Of a stretch of DNA of 64,000 nt, positions 12,421 to 24,462 are shown in pieces. Location of the stretch: positions 139,376,001 through 139,440,000 of the forward strand of contig NC_043000.1 of assembly GCF_006345805.1 (NCBI RefSeq), written 5' to 3'. Source of the stretch: Octopus sinensis (lineage: Eukaryota). A program made the position numbers and the translations under genes. How positions within the stretch are numbered: the first letter of the stretch is position 1; each line of letters opens with the position of its first letter. The notes under the pieces are model-generated. The model was not told the origin of the DNA. It did no database searches and saw only the letters and a program-made list of their open reading frames with translations.

Positions 12421-13294
12421 ATATGATTATTTCCCAAAATCATTTTCAAGAATTATTTTTAGCAGTTTTGCATCTTATGTGAATATAGTTTGCAATGCGG
12501 TTTTTAAAAATTTACCAAGTTTTGAATTCATGAGTAAGAATGTAACTTACCAAATCGTATGCATTTTGTTGGGAGAAATTTTTATCTGAATATATAAATA
12601 AAAAGTACTAATTTGTAAGATAATAAACTTGGCATGGTTGATTTGCTGATGAAAATGAAATGCTTTTTTTTTTAGCTGTTATAGCCAGACTTCATTTCTC
12701 TGAATCTTCTTACCATTTATTTTGAGCAAAGATTCACTGGTGGAGGGTCTTAGTTTCTCTGTATTTCTTAACTATTAGCAATAAAAATCAATAATTCACT
12801 GTCACATAATGCAGCACTCACATGCTAGTGTACCTGCCTTAGCAAGTGAGTATGAAATGCGTGTGTTTGTGTGTGCATCTTTATTCCAAATCTATGTCCC
12901 TGTTGAAATATGCATTTCTTTACAGAAGCGTCTATATCATAAAACACAGCTATGGTTTAGCTACTAAGTTAAAGTGAAAACAATATGTAAAGCATCTTCC
13001 AACATAACCTCATCAGCTCTATTCAAAACTGAAATGCCAAAAGTGGTTACTCTATACATAGATGCACACACTCACACACACACATAATATATAATTGCGA
13101 AATCACAGGTAACCTGGAACTAAATTCTGTTTTTAAATGTCTTGCTTCGAGGGCTGCATTCGGTACGATTCGTTTATTTTTGGTAGTAATGACTTTGAAA
13201 GTCCCTCCTAACGTGTAGCATTTATGTGTAATAATGCCCTCTATATAATATAAATATATATATATATGTATGTATGTGTGTGTGTGGGTATATA

Positions 13295-13750
13295 CATCAT
13301 CATCATCATCATCATCATTTAACGTCCGCTTTCCATGCTAGCATGGGTTGGACGGTTCAACTGGGGTCTGGGGAGCCCGAAGGCTGCACCAGGCCAGTCA
13401 GATCTGGCAGTGTTTCTACAGCTGGATGCCCTTCCTAACGCCAACCACTCCGAGAGTGTAGTGGGTGATTTTATGTACCACCGACACAGGTGCCAGATGA
13501 GGCTGGCGAACGGCCATGCTCGGATGGTGTTTTTTATGTGCCACCGACACAGGTGCCAGACGAGGCTGGCAGACGGCCACGCTCGGATGGTGTTTTTATG
13601 TGCCACCGACACAGGTGCCAGATGAGGCTGGCGAACGGCCACGATCGGATGGTGTTTGTTACGTGCCCACAGCACGGAGGCCAGTCGATGCGGTACTGGC
13701 TACGGCCACGTTCGGATGGTTTTCTTGAGTGCCACCGGCACTGGTACCAC
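13295..13750 (-). mobile_element. SINE family C with ~4.5 near-identical 62-63 bp modules
   Basis: ATGTGCCACCGACACAGGTGCCAGATGAGGCTGGCGAACGGCCACGCTCGGATGGTGTTTTT three times plus variants. Confidence 0.9.
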
Positions 13751-13796
13751 AAAGATACAAATTCCATTGATGTTCATCTATTTTGATTTGTCAGAG

Positions 13797-13965
13797 GGGC
13801 TGTGTGGTAAGAAGCTTGCTTCCCAACCACATGGTTCCAGGTTCAGTCCCATTGTGTGGCACCTTGGGCAAGTGTCTTTTACTATAGCCTCAGACCGATC
13901 AAAGCCTTGTGAGTGGATTTGTTAAACAGAAACTGAAAGAAGCCCGTTGTATATATATATATATA
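13797..13965 (+). mobile_element. SINE family A 5' part, ending in (TA)n
   Basis: Family A head and CORE-like region. Confidence 0.8.
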
Positions 13966-14225
13966 TGGAAAAAAAAGTCAAGATAAAAAATGCTAAAATA
14001 ATTTTATAAAAAACATTTCAGTACCGGTTTCAGTCATTGAGACTTTTTCAACTGTAACAATTAAATAATTAAATTTAGAAAAATTAAAAGAAAAGTTTTT
14101 TTAAAAGAATATTTGTATAGTGTTCAAATACAAGGGGGCATTTTCCTTGTTTCTGCCTGTCTCTGTCTCTCTTGTTTACTCTTGTGGGTTCGAGGTCCTT
14201 GTGAATTCTTGGTAGTAAATTCTTG

Positions 14226-14226
<1 letters not shown>
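13966..14226 (-). mobile_element. Penelope-like fragment inserted into (TA)n
   Basis: Flanked by (TA)n on both sides; carries a hammerhead motif. Confidence 0.6.
14019..14054 (-). ncRNA. Minimal hammerhead ribozyme (U3-A8 core variant)
   Basis: Minus strand: cag UUGAAAA aguc-ucaau-gacu GAAA ccgg UA cug; stems I and II pair perfectly; stem III palindromic ACCGGU. Confidence 0.7.
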
Positions 14227-14265
<39 letters not shown>

Positions 14266-15313
14266 GATATCATGTAATTACTATTTAGCTGAGTAGCCAT
14301 ATACTAAATAGTTTAGTTCTGCTCACTGCTTTCAGTGGATAAAGTGACCAATTTGATATTTACAGCATTACTTTTTGTGTTTCTCTTCTTTTACCCACTT
14401 ATTTATTTTTTTCTTTTGGCTACTATATATAACTCACTTTTTACGTTTTTTCCCTATCTTCTTACATTCTGTCCAGGATCATATTTTATGCTACCACTTG
14501 CCATGGATTCTTATAAATGGTAATTATTCGCAGAATTCTTTCTCTGTAATTCATTGCTTTATGACAACAAAAGGTAGAAATTTAATGGCATCCTTTCAAA
14601 AACATCTACACCATATTCAGCATAATCTATATTGTAGACCATTATATTTCTTCAGTTTTTCTTGACATTAACTTAGTGGTTGGTTTATTATAGCTAATAA
14701 ACTTTGCCTGTGTGCAGTAGTAACTTTACTTACTGTCGTTTATTTTGGTCAATTGCTCCATCAAAACTTGTGCAGTATTATTTCTCATCAATTACAAGTG
14801 ACTTGTTCTTTTGATTATATGACCAGTCTATTGTTTGTTTTGTTTTGTCTCACAACTATTCTAACTTGTCCAGTTCCCTTTTACTACGTACATGTATGAA
14901 TGTGTATATATATGTATGCACGTGCCTGTGCGTATGAGTATGAATTCTTGTATAATGGAGGAATTTCGTTTTATTGCTTGATGACCTCCCTGACACTAAT
15001 CAAAAAGTAAGAGCAAATTTTGCTGTTAGCTAGATATAGATATCTCTCTTCATCTGTCTGTCTTTCTCTCTCTCTGTCTATCAAACTCTTTCCTTCACAC
15101 ACATACACACATATATATACACACACACACACACACAGACATACACATACGCATACACACAAGCATATATACTAATAGAAAAATAAACACATACAGATGT
15201 ACATGTATATATAAATGTTTGCATACGTACACACACACACACACACGCACATACTTTTATGTATGTACATACAGAAGAAGAGAAGTTTAGCTCATGGGTA
15301 ACCTAAACTAATA

Positions 15314-15748
15314 TAGGCGCAGGAGTGGCTGTGTGGTAAGTAACTTGCTAACCAACCACATGGTTCCGGGTTCAGTCCCACTGCGTGGCATCTTGGGCAA
15401 GAGTCTTCTGCTATAGCCCCGGGCCGACCAATGCCTTGTGAGTGGATTTGGTAGACGTAAACTGAAATGAGCCTGTCGTATATGTGTGTATATATATATA
15501 TATATGTATGTGTGTCTGTTTTTGTGTGTCTGTGTTTGTCCCCCTAGCATTGCTTGACAACCGATGCTGGTGTGTTTACGTCCTTGTCACTTAGCAGTTC
15601 AGCAAAAGAGACCGATAGAATAAGTACTGGGCTTACAAAGAATAAGTCCCGGGGTCAATTTTCTCGACTAAAGGCGGTGCTCCAGCATGGCCGCAGTCAA
15701 ATAACTGAAACAAGTAAAAGAGTAAAAGAGTAAAAGAGAGTAAAAGAG
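15314..15748 (+). mobile_element. SINE family A, full-length
   Basis: Family A with (GAGTAAAA)n tail. Confidence 0.9.
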
Positions 15749-15751
15749 TGC

Positions 15752-15829
15752 TCCAAGTGATAAGCTATTAGGATCCAAGTTCACAATGGGTCCAAGTGAT
15801 AAGCTATTAGGATCCAAGTTCACAATGGG
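15752..15829. repeat. 39-bp tandem duplication
   Basis: TCCAAGTGATAAGCTATTAGGATCCAAGTTCACAATGGG twice. Confidence 0.9.
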
Positions 15830-15884
15830 TCCTGCAGCTGTGGTAGCCACTGTGTCCAGTAGGGAGAGACCCTTCCTTCTCAAG

Positions 15885-16122
15885 CCATTCCTGGCTCATT
15901 AGGGCCAGTTTCCCGGTTTAGTTGAGCTGCAAGATGCAGGAGGAAAGAGTGAGAGAAAGTTGTGGTGAAAGAGTCAGCAGAAGTTAGCCATTACCTTCTG
16001 CTGGAGCCACGTGGAGCTTAGGTGTTTCACTCATAAACACACACATCGCCCGGTCTGAGATTCGAACCTGCGATCCCTCAACCGCGAATCTGCTGCTCTA
16101 ACCACTTGGCCATGTGCCTCCA
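15885..16122 (-). mobile_element. SINE family E, internally deleted
   Basis: Similar to 10595-10895. Confidence 0.75.
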
Positions 16123-16129
16123 AATACAT

Positions 16130-16375
16130 GACCCTTTTAAAGCCTAGCCAGGCTCATGGGCCCAGTTTCCCGGTTTCTATGGCGTATGTGTTCCCTAGCT
16201 GGATGGGACGCTAGTCCATCGCAGCGTTACTCATTTTTGCCAGCTGAGTGGACTGGAGCAACGTGAAAGGAAGTGTTTTGCTCAAGAACACAACGCGTCG
16301 CCAGGTCCAGGGATCGAAACCACAATCTTACGATCATGGTGCTGACACCCTAACCATTAAGACACACAGCTCCAC
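16130..16375 (-). mobile_element. SINE family D (tRNA head, CORE-like, CTGCGATGGACT V-like domain)
   Basis: Reverse complement of 44668-44929. Confidence 0.8.
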
Positions 16376-16775
16376 AGGGAGAGACCCAGTGACCCACAGC
16401 CTAACTTTGAGCCAGTAGGTATGATTTAAAGAAGAGTACAACACAAGGCAGGAATTTAATGGTATCACATATATAATGTATGTATGTCTAAGTTATATTT
16501 AAATTTTCTTTGAAGCCAAAACAGTCCAAGTTAAAAAACAAAATATTCAGTTTGATGGTTATACTATTACCTGGTGTTTCAATATTTGATGGTTAAGATT
16601 CCTGCTTCAGGAGATCTATGGAGAAATTATTGATGGCTAACTTCTGACAGAAGGAGAAGGCATACTAAGTGGCTCAAGATTCAGCTCACCGGCGCAAGTG
16701 TCTTCTAATACAGCCCAAAGTTAACCAAAGTGTTGTGAGTGGATTTGGTAGATGGAAATTGGAAAGAAGTATGAC

Positions 16776-16847
<72 letters not shown>

Positions 16848-17127
16848 TGACAGACAGAGACAGAGAGAGAGGGTATGAGAGCTATTGGTATCTAGAAGAC
16901 TCAAAGAGTGTCAGGTAATGCTAAGTAAGTGCTATGAACAGACCGTAGTTAAACTCTTGGTTCGATAATGAAACAGGTGAGGAGTCTAATGTGGGTCTTG
17001 TATTAGCATGCATATATATATATTATACAGAATTAGATAACAAAGCCAAACCTCATTCTGTCTAATATATATATATAAATAGTCAATCCAAACAAGAACA
17101 AGCGAGATAAAACAACAATGCGAGGAC

Positions 17128-17529
17128 GTGGCTGTGTGGTAAGTAGCTTGTTTGCCGGCCACATGGTTCCGGGTTCAGTCCCACTGCATGGCACCTTGGG
17201 CAAGTGTCTTCTACTATAGCCTCGGGCCGACCAAAGCCTTGTGAGTGGATTTGGTAGACGGAAACTGAAGGAAGCCCATCAAATATATGTATATATATGT
17301 GTATGTGTGTGTGTGTTTGTGTGTCTGTTTTTGTCCCCCTAGCATTGCTTGACAACCGATGCTGGTGTGTTTATGTCCCCATTACTTAGCGGTTCGGCAA
17401 AAGAGACCGATAGAATAAGTACTGGGCTTACAAAAGAATAAGTCCTGGGGTCGAGTTGCTCGACTAAAGGCAGTGCTCCAGCATGGCCGCAGTCAAATGA
17501 CTGAAACAAGTAAAAGAGTAAAAGAGAGT
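17128..17529 (+). mobile_element. SINE family A with 15-bp target-site duplication
   Basis: AATGCGAGGACRTGG at 17117-17131 and 17530-17544; the host sequence resembles 58953-59030. Confidence 0.9.
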
Positions 17530-18164
17530 AATGCGAGGACATGGTATAAGTACTGTATTATTGGATGAAAGGCATAGATGACCTCAGTGGAATTTGAACT
17601 CTGATGAAATATTTCTTGTATTGCCTCTCCTCCTTTGATAAATACCTTTCATCCTTTTGGGGTTGATAAATTAAGTACCAGTTGTATACTGTGGTCGATC
17701 TATCAACTGCCACCATCCCAAAAATTTTGGGCCTTGTACCTAGAGTAGAAAAGATTGCAAGTAATCTTTTATTCTCTCTAAGATTGGGGGATGGATGCTT
17801 TGATGTTATGTAGTTTTATTGATGTAGGCAGTAAGGGAGGCTCCTGTGATTGCATCTCTAGTGAGGAATGAATGTGTGTATAGGGTTACTAAGTAGGGAT
17901 TCAAGAAGTAAAGAAGAAAGGAAGGCAGGAGAAACTCGTGGGCCAGAGGGTACATCGTCCGGAATTTACTAATTTCAAAAAACTGATGTTACTATTGCTA
18001 GAAGAGATAAAGTTAAAAAAAAAACAGAGCTTCTATGAGTCAGTGGAATAAGGCAAGTGGATCCTTCCTAGTGACCAAATAGTCTTTTGAACTAGCATAG
18101 TATGTATTTCTGTGTAGCAGCAGCATTATTACACATATGGACATCTATTATCTAAAGCAATTGT

Positions 18165-18622
18165 GCAGATGCCATATAAAAGCACCTAGCACATCCCATA
18201 AAGTAGATGGTGTTAGGAAGGCATTGTGCGGTAGAAACCATGCCCAAACAGACAGCTGGAGCCTGGGAAGTTCTCTGGCTGGTCATCTACTGTCAAATCT
18301 ATTTCTTTACTACCCACAAGGGGCTAAACACAGAGGAGACAAACAAGGACAGAGAGACGGATTGAAACGGATTAAATCGATTACATCGACCCCAGTGCAT
18401 AACTGGTACTTAATTTATCGACCCCGAAAGGATGAAAGGCAAAGTCGACCTCGGCGGAATTTGAACTCAGAACGTAATGACAGACGAAATACAGCTACGC
18501 ATTTCGCCCGACATGCTAACGTTTCTGCCAGCTCACCGCCTTTTTACTGTCAAACCGTCCAACCCATACCAGCATGGAAAACAGATGCTAAATGATGGTG
18601 ATGATGATGATGATGATGATGA
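18165..18622 (+). mobile_element. SINE family C interrupted by a minus-strand family B SINE (18300-18541)
   Basis: Family C parts at 18165-18297 and 18546-18622; TACTGTCAAA duplicated around the B copy. Confidence 0.75.
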
Positions 18623-18999
18623 TAATTCTAGCTGTGACTGTATCAAACTAATTAATGTGAGTATAACTATATTATGTGATATATCCTGCCCTTATAGAAG
18701 ATGTAGATATCTTGCACTGATGAACAAAAGTACCTTGTGTGCTATTTGTTGGGTCTGAGTTACACAGATACACCGTTATTGCTCTTGGTGATGTAAATAC
18801 AGTGAACAAGTGATTGCATTCATTGAATTTACGGCCAATGATGTTATCATTTACCAAAAGAGAATATAAAATTTGAAAATATATATAGTTAATAAATAAC
18901 CACTGATGATGCTGGATAATCTGATTCTGTAGCTGCTGTTGTTGCCCAAGTTGATCTTCATCATTGCATGAGATCAAAACAAAATGCAGGTGGATGTCA

Positions 19000-19840
19000 T
19001 TGATGAGGATGATGTTGGTGTTAGTGTGAGTGACGATGATGTCTTTGGTGTTGGTGCTGTTGGTGAAGGAAGAATGTGGAGGTGATGTGTTTCTGGTGGT
19101 GATGGTGGCATGGTGACAGTGAAAATGATGCTACTAGTGAGAAAGAAGATAGGACGATGGCATCAATGATGATGGTATTGGTGGTGGTAGTGATGTTCAT
19201 TTGGATAATAGCAGTGGTAATGAGAGCTTTGAAGATGGTTCTGTAGGTGAGGGGCTATGATAGTGGTAGTGGTACTTACTGCAATGATGATGGTGGTAAT
19301 GATAACTCTGAAAACAGCAATGTTAGTCAGGGGAGAAAGAGGAGGGGTAAGAAGTGGTGGGCTGGAGGTGGTGATGGCAATAGTAATAAATATGGCAATA
19401 ACTTTCACAGGTTTGTAGAGGAAAAGGGAGTCGAGTAATAAATGCGGGAATACATAAATACAGAATGACTCGTCGTTAATGATGATAACGATGACGATGA
19501 TAATGATTGCCATGATACTTATCAGTTGCAATGATGATGATTATCTCCCATTATCAACCTCTTCATTTTCACCAGCACCACTAGCTTCCTCTTCATCATT
19601 ATCAACATCATCATCATTATCATCATCATCCTTATCAGTATTATCCATTCGGTGATCACTATCATCATCATCATCATCATCATCTTGATCATCATCATCA
19701 TTATCATCAGTTTGAATATAATAATGATTGTGGATGATAACAATGCCCTGCAACGATACCGAAAATAACAATAGTAGTGCAACTGTAATGATAATGACAA
19801 TGATAGCAAGAGTGAGGAGACCAACACCAAAGATGATGAA
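19000..19840. repeat. Degenerate (GAT/GGT)n and (CAT)n low-complexity region
   Basis: Trinucleotide-derived; ORFs are poly-D, poly-I or poly-H. Confidence 0.75.
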
Positions 19841-20104
19841 AGATTTTGCTGGAAGACATTTTATTGATGAAGAAACAGTTTGTTAATCTGAAATTAGTGA
19901 AAACTTGATTCTTGATCAAACCGATTAGCACACAACTTTCATCAAATTAATTTCAATTAATTTGATATTGTAAATAAAATAACAAGTGAAGAGGCAGAAA
20001 CAGTAGAACACCATAACTAAATTCATCATAATTTATGTTTACTTTTAGACATGTGCAGTTTGAGTTTAGATAATACCAAGCACTATTTTACATTTTGACC
20101 CATG

Positions 20105-20495
20105 AGGGTGGCATGTAAAAAAAAGCACCCACTACACTCACAGGGTGGTTGGCGTTAGGAAGGGCATCCAGCTGTAGAAACACTGCCTGATCAGACTTGA
20201 GCCTGGCGCAGCCTCCTGGCTTCCCAGATCCCCGGTCGAACCGTCCAACCCATGCTAGCATGGAAAACGGACGTTAAACGATGGTGATGATGGGATGGAA
20301 AACAATAATATATATACTGAAGTAAATAATACAGCTGTAGAAACACTGCCAGATCAGACTGGAGCCTGGCACAGCCTCCTGGCTTCCCAGACCCCGTTCG
20401 AACCGTCCAACCCATGCTAGCATGGAAAACGGACGTTAAACGATGATGATGATGATGGGATGGAAAACAATAATATATATACTGAAGTAAATAAT
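20105..20495 (+). mobile_element. Two tandem family C 3' segments, each followed by the same 46-bp sequence
   Basis: TGATGATGGGATGGAAAACAATAATATATATACTGAAGTAAATAAT at 20285-20330 and 20450-20495. Confidence 0.8.
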
Positions 20496-21079
20496 TGATC
20501 CAGGTGGGGTGTATACCTGGTTTTTCAATAATGTAAGACTTGAGTGTGGATTTAGTAGACGAAACTGAAAGAAGCTCACTGCATGCATGTGTGTGTGTGT
20601 TTGAGATGGTGTTTATATCACCTTGTCTTGACATCATCCTGGGAACAAACATTATTGTCGTACAAGTAATGTCATTCATTTTTTCTTTGCAGTTTTACAT
20701 AGAAACATCCTCAGACATTGTGCAGTTTGAATTTGAAGGATTAGGAATAAAAATACCCTGCTTGGAAATAGATTTGGGTTGGCAACAGGAAGTGCATCCA
20801 ACCATAGAAAATCTTCTACAATAATTTTCCTACAATAATCTTCTACAATAATTGTCCTACATCTTGATGGCAAATTTGGAGTTCTTGGCACCATGCAGTG
20901 GCGCCAAGTTCTAGCTTTTGTGTAACTCTCGATGCCAAAGTTTGGGACAAGTCCTTCTAGGATCTTCCAGATGTATATTATGGTATATATATATTATGTT
21001 AATAACTATACCTCCCATATGGAATTAAAAATAAAGAGGCCAAATGACAGAAAAAGGAAACTTTTTGTTAACAATTCAA

Positions 21080-21165
21080 GGAAAAGACAGCTCAGAATCA
21101 AGAATAGTGGAGAAAAGTTGTCAACGACTTATGCTCCATAGGGAACGAAGGGCTTAAGTAAGTAC
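21080..21165 (+). mobile_element. RTE LINE extreme 3' end relic
   Basis: Translates TAQNQE*WRKVVNDLCSIGNEGLK and ends in TAAGTAAGTA, typical of RTE ends. Confidence 0.45.
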
Positions 21166-21491
21166 TGTTGTGCAAGATATGACCTCCAAGTAAGCTGAGA
21201 CTGTGAATTCAAACTGTGGGGTTCACTTTCCTGAATCCAACTCTGGATACTGTATGAAAAGACATGAATAATGCAGCTTTCAATTATTACTATTTTGTAG
21301 TGTACTTAATTTTATATTTCCATATTTTTAACAATATGATTTATCTCTTTTATGTGTGTTTCACTCCTTTATCTAACATTATATAGATGTAGAAACATTG
21401 TTATTCATCTTATCTGGTCACTGCTCTTGAGTTGAACACCAGCCCATATCAGATACTATATTATGAAGACTTGCACATCCTCAAAGATGAA

Positions 21492-21838
21492 CATCATCAT
21501 CATCGTTAAATGTGCGTTTTCCACGCTAGCACGGGTTGGACGGTTTGACTGGGGTCTGGGAAGCCAGGGGCTGCACCAGGCTCCAGTCTGATCTGGCAGA
21601 GTTTCTACAGCTGGATGCCCTTCCTAACGCCAACCACTCCGCGAGTGTAGTGGGTGCTTTTTACGTGCCACCTGCACAGGTGCCATGGGAGTCCGACATC
21701 GGCCACGATCGGTTGGTGCTTTTAACGTGCCACCGGCATGGAAGCCAACCAAGACGGCGCTGGCATCGGCCATGTTCGGATGGTGCTTTTTTGTGTGCCA
21801 CCGGCACAGAAGCCAGTCGAGGTGGCGCTGGCAATGAC
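21492..21838 (-). mobile_element. SINE family C with 3 modules
   Basis: Family C tail plus modules. Confidence 0.85.
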
Positions 21839-22559
21839 CAAGATCATTGAAATGCAAGAATGTTATTGGCAGAGAAACTCAACATGAAATCAAAGAATTA
21901 ACAAAGCTAATGCAGCATTAGATTCCTGGTGCAGCATAAAGGAGGGTTACTCACTTTCAGCTGTTTGAAGAAAAAGCAACATTGTCGGATAGCTGTGATA
22001 GCTATGATAATTGTGATGGAGGTAAATATAGGATGGATACCGTAATTAAGTGAGATTTCTTGGTTGTTATCTATGAATGAAAACTATTTGAAATTCTTAA
22101 AAATAAGTCTCTTTTATCTTTTTGAATATAATCATGAACTGGATTATATATAGAACGAAGCAAAAGCAAAAAGATAAATTAAAATTTCTTTTGCTAAACA
22201 CAGCTTCTCTCACTAGAGCTCCGCTACACAAAGATCTTTCTGGCCTTTTTAAGCATAATACAGCCATTGCAGACAAAACTGTGACAATGTTTTGAACGGA
22301 TCTGCCCCTTATCAATTAACCTATTTGCTTTTTTTTTTAATATGTTTTGTATCAAGTTTAGTCTTGTAGTTGTTTTTATTCTTTTTCATCAATCCTTTTT
22401 TTGATCTACTATATGTTTCTCTTTTTTTTTGTTTTCAAATATAATTGATCTCAGTCATTGAGTACATATTTTGGGGATGACTAAGTACTAATGATTAGGA
22501 AGAGGATGAGAATGAAGATGACAACAGCAATAATAATAATGTTTGTTATAACGATAGTA

Positions 22560-22615
22560 TAATGAAAATGATGGTGTTGATAATGATGACGATGATGATG
22601 ACAACGATGACGATA

Positions 22616-22673
<58 letters not shown>

Positions 22674-22690
22674 CTATGATGATGATGATA
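22560..22690. repeat. (GAT)n microsatellite
   Basis: Direct reading. Confidence 0.95.
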
Positions 22691-24341
22691 GTTGCTGTTG
22701 TTATTATCAAAGACCATTAACAATATAAACGTTACATAAAATTACTAAGCTATATGAAATGATAATGATGCTGATGATGACAATGGTGATGACGATGTTA
22801 ACATTTCAGGTTATTGTATAAAGTGTTAATTTGTTTCTATTTCATTTCATAATTTTCTTATTCATATACTTATTTAACCAATTATTCATATCCTACATTA
22901 AAAAAAAAAAAAATTCACTGTTATTATCAACCCTAAATGAAGTCAGTTGGTGCATCAGATGGAAGTGGATACATAATGTGAACATCTTTTATTTTATTTT
23001 ATATTTATTTTTCATTCTTTAGTTTATTTCTTTCTTTACACATACTTCCCTTGCACTCACTGCTCTGATGATTGGATTTGTTCATAGGGATACAAACTAG
23101 GCCACTTTCCTTTAGTCCTTCAGAATCTTCCCTTATAAAGATACAGCAATGAAGTATTCACCTTAAACTTTTCCGGGGGTTATTTCAAGGTAGTCGAATT
23201 TTGATAATGTTTATTTTGGTGGGGAAAGGTATGATATCTTGTAAAAGTATATATGTTACAAAAATGGAGAGATAATGTGATATCATTTGGTTTTTCAACC
23301 TTGCTGGCTCACTCTGACACATAAATGAGTTGTTTCTTTCATGAACCTTGTATATTTGGTAGCCAAGAGTGATGGGCACGGATGGAGCTCCTAATCAGTT
23401 TCTACTCAGCCCTTGAAGGGAGAGCAGACACGATTATATAACTCGTTCTCTGGATTTGTTGTTCGTTGTTTTGTTTGACAAAATAACAAAGATAAGTATC
23501 CAGTGAATGAAATATCTTTTGCCATGGTAGAAAACTCTAATGATGACATATCTTCAGTGAGCAATGCCTTCTCTGCTGATGTGACACTGATATGGAGAAT
23601 TCCAATAGCAGTAAGCAACAGAGTCATATTAACTTATCTGCTGAAGACAACCCTCATCTTCTTCCAAGGTTTCCATGCACAGCAACACCAAGAATAAAGA
23701 TTGATGGCAACATCATTGCAATGGCTCTCCTTGAATTCTTATCATGGGTGTTTCATAAAACTTTGATTGATTCAGTTTGCAGGTAAATAGACAGATTTGC
23801 TGGACAAAATCCAGCATGTAATTAGACACCTGTCACACCTGCTGAATTGTATTTTTATTTTTATTTTTCCACTGAAAATGCTTTAAAGCCTAGTCAGTTT
23901 ATCAGAAGGAAGAAGATATCCATTGGTCAAAGTATACTATGTTTCAGTTACTTTGGTTTTAGAAAAACGATGTCACACAACGAGTATAGAAAAATTAAGC
24001 AGTATATTCATTCCCCATCTCCATGCCAAACTAAATATCATATATGAAATACTCTCATTTGCTAGCAAAATTTCCACAGTCCATAGACTTCAAAAAAGGA
24101 ATGTTAGTGTTAACAAAAGCCTTATATTGTATAAGGATAAGATTGGTGTGTTTAATAGATTCCTCTCAAACGCAGTAAATTTGGGGTAAAATATTTCATG
24201 TTCCGGAGATGTACTTGCATAGCAAGTGATCTGTTCCGAGATCATGTGCTGGAACGAAATCAATTACAGCGCAGAAGGTGTTTATAAGCCATTTAAGAAA
24301 CACACAAAAACTGTTAGATTCACTTCAACATTTAAATTTAA

Positions 24342-24392
24342 TTTGTCAAAATATTTTCATCATTTTGAGACTGCGACCTGTTCACTGACAAA
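24342..24392 (-). ncRNA. Minimal hammerhead ribozyme (G3-C8 core variant), left-arm copy
   Basis: Minus strand: uuuguca GUGAACA ggucgc...ugau GAAA auau UU ugacaaa. Confidence 0.6.
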
Positions 24393-24411
24393 ATTCTGTG
24401 CAGCATGGAAT

Positions 24412-24462
24412 TTTGTCAGTGAACAGGTCTCAGTCTCAAAGTGACGAAAATATTTTGACAAA
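24412..24462 (+). ncRNA. Minimal hammerhead ribozyme (G3-C8 core variant), right-arm copy
   Basis: uuuguca GUGAACA gguc...gac GAAA auau UU ugacaaa; 7-bp stem I; palindromic stem III AAUAUU. Confidence 0.65.

Noticed and set aside
12644-12665. CTGATGAAAATGAAA
   Set aside because: No room for stem II; chance match
13473-13750. CRISPR-like array of ~62-bp repeats
   Set aside because: Units are tandem with only a short variable loop, there are no unique spacers or cas genes, and the array sits inside a eukaryotic SINE
19163-19931. Acidic poly-Asp or His-rich ORFs (also 51378-51803)
   Set aside because: Degenerate trinucleotide repeats; no splice or domain support
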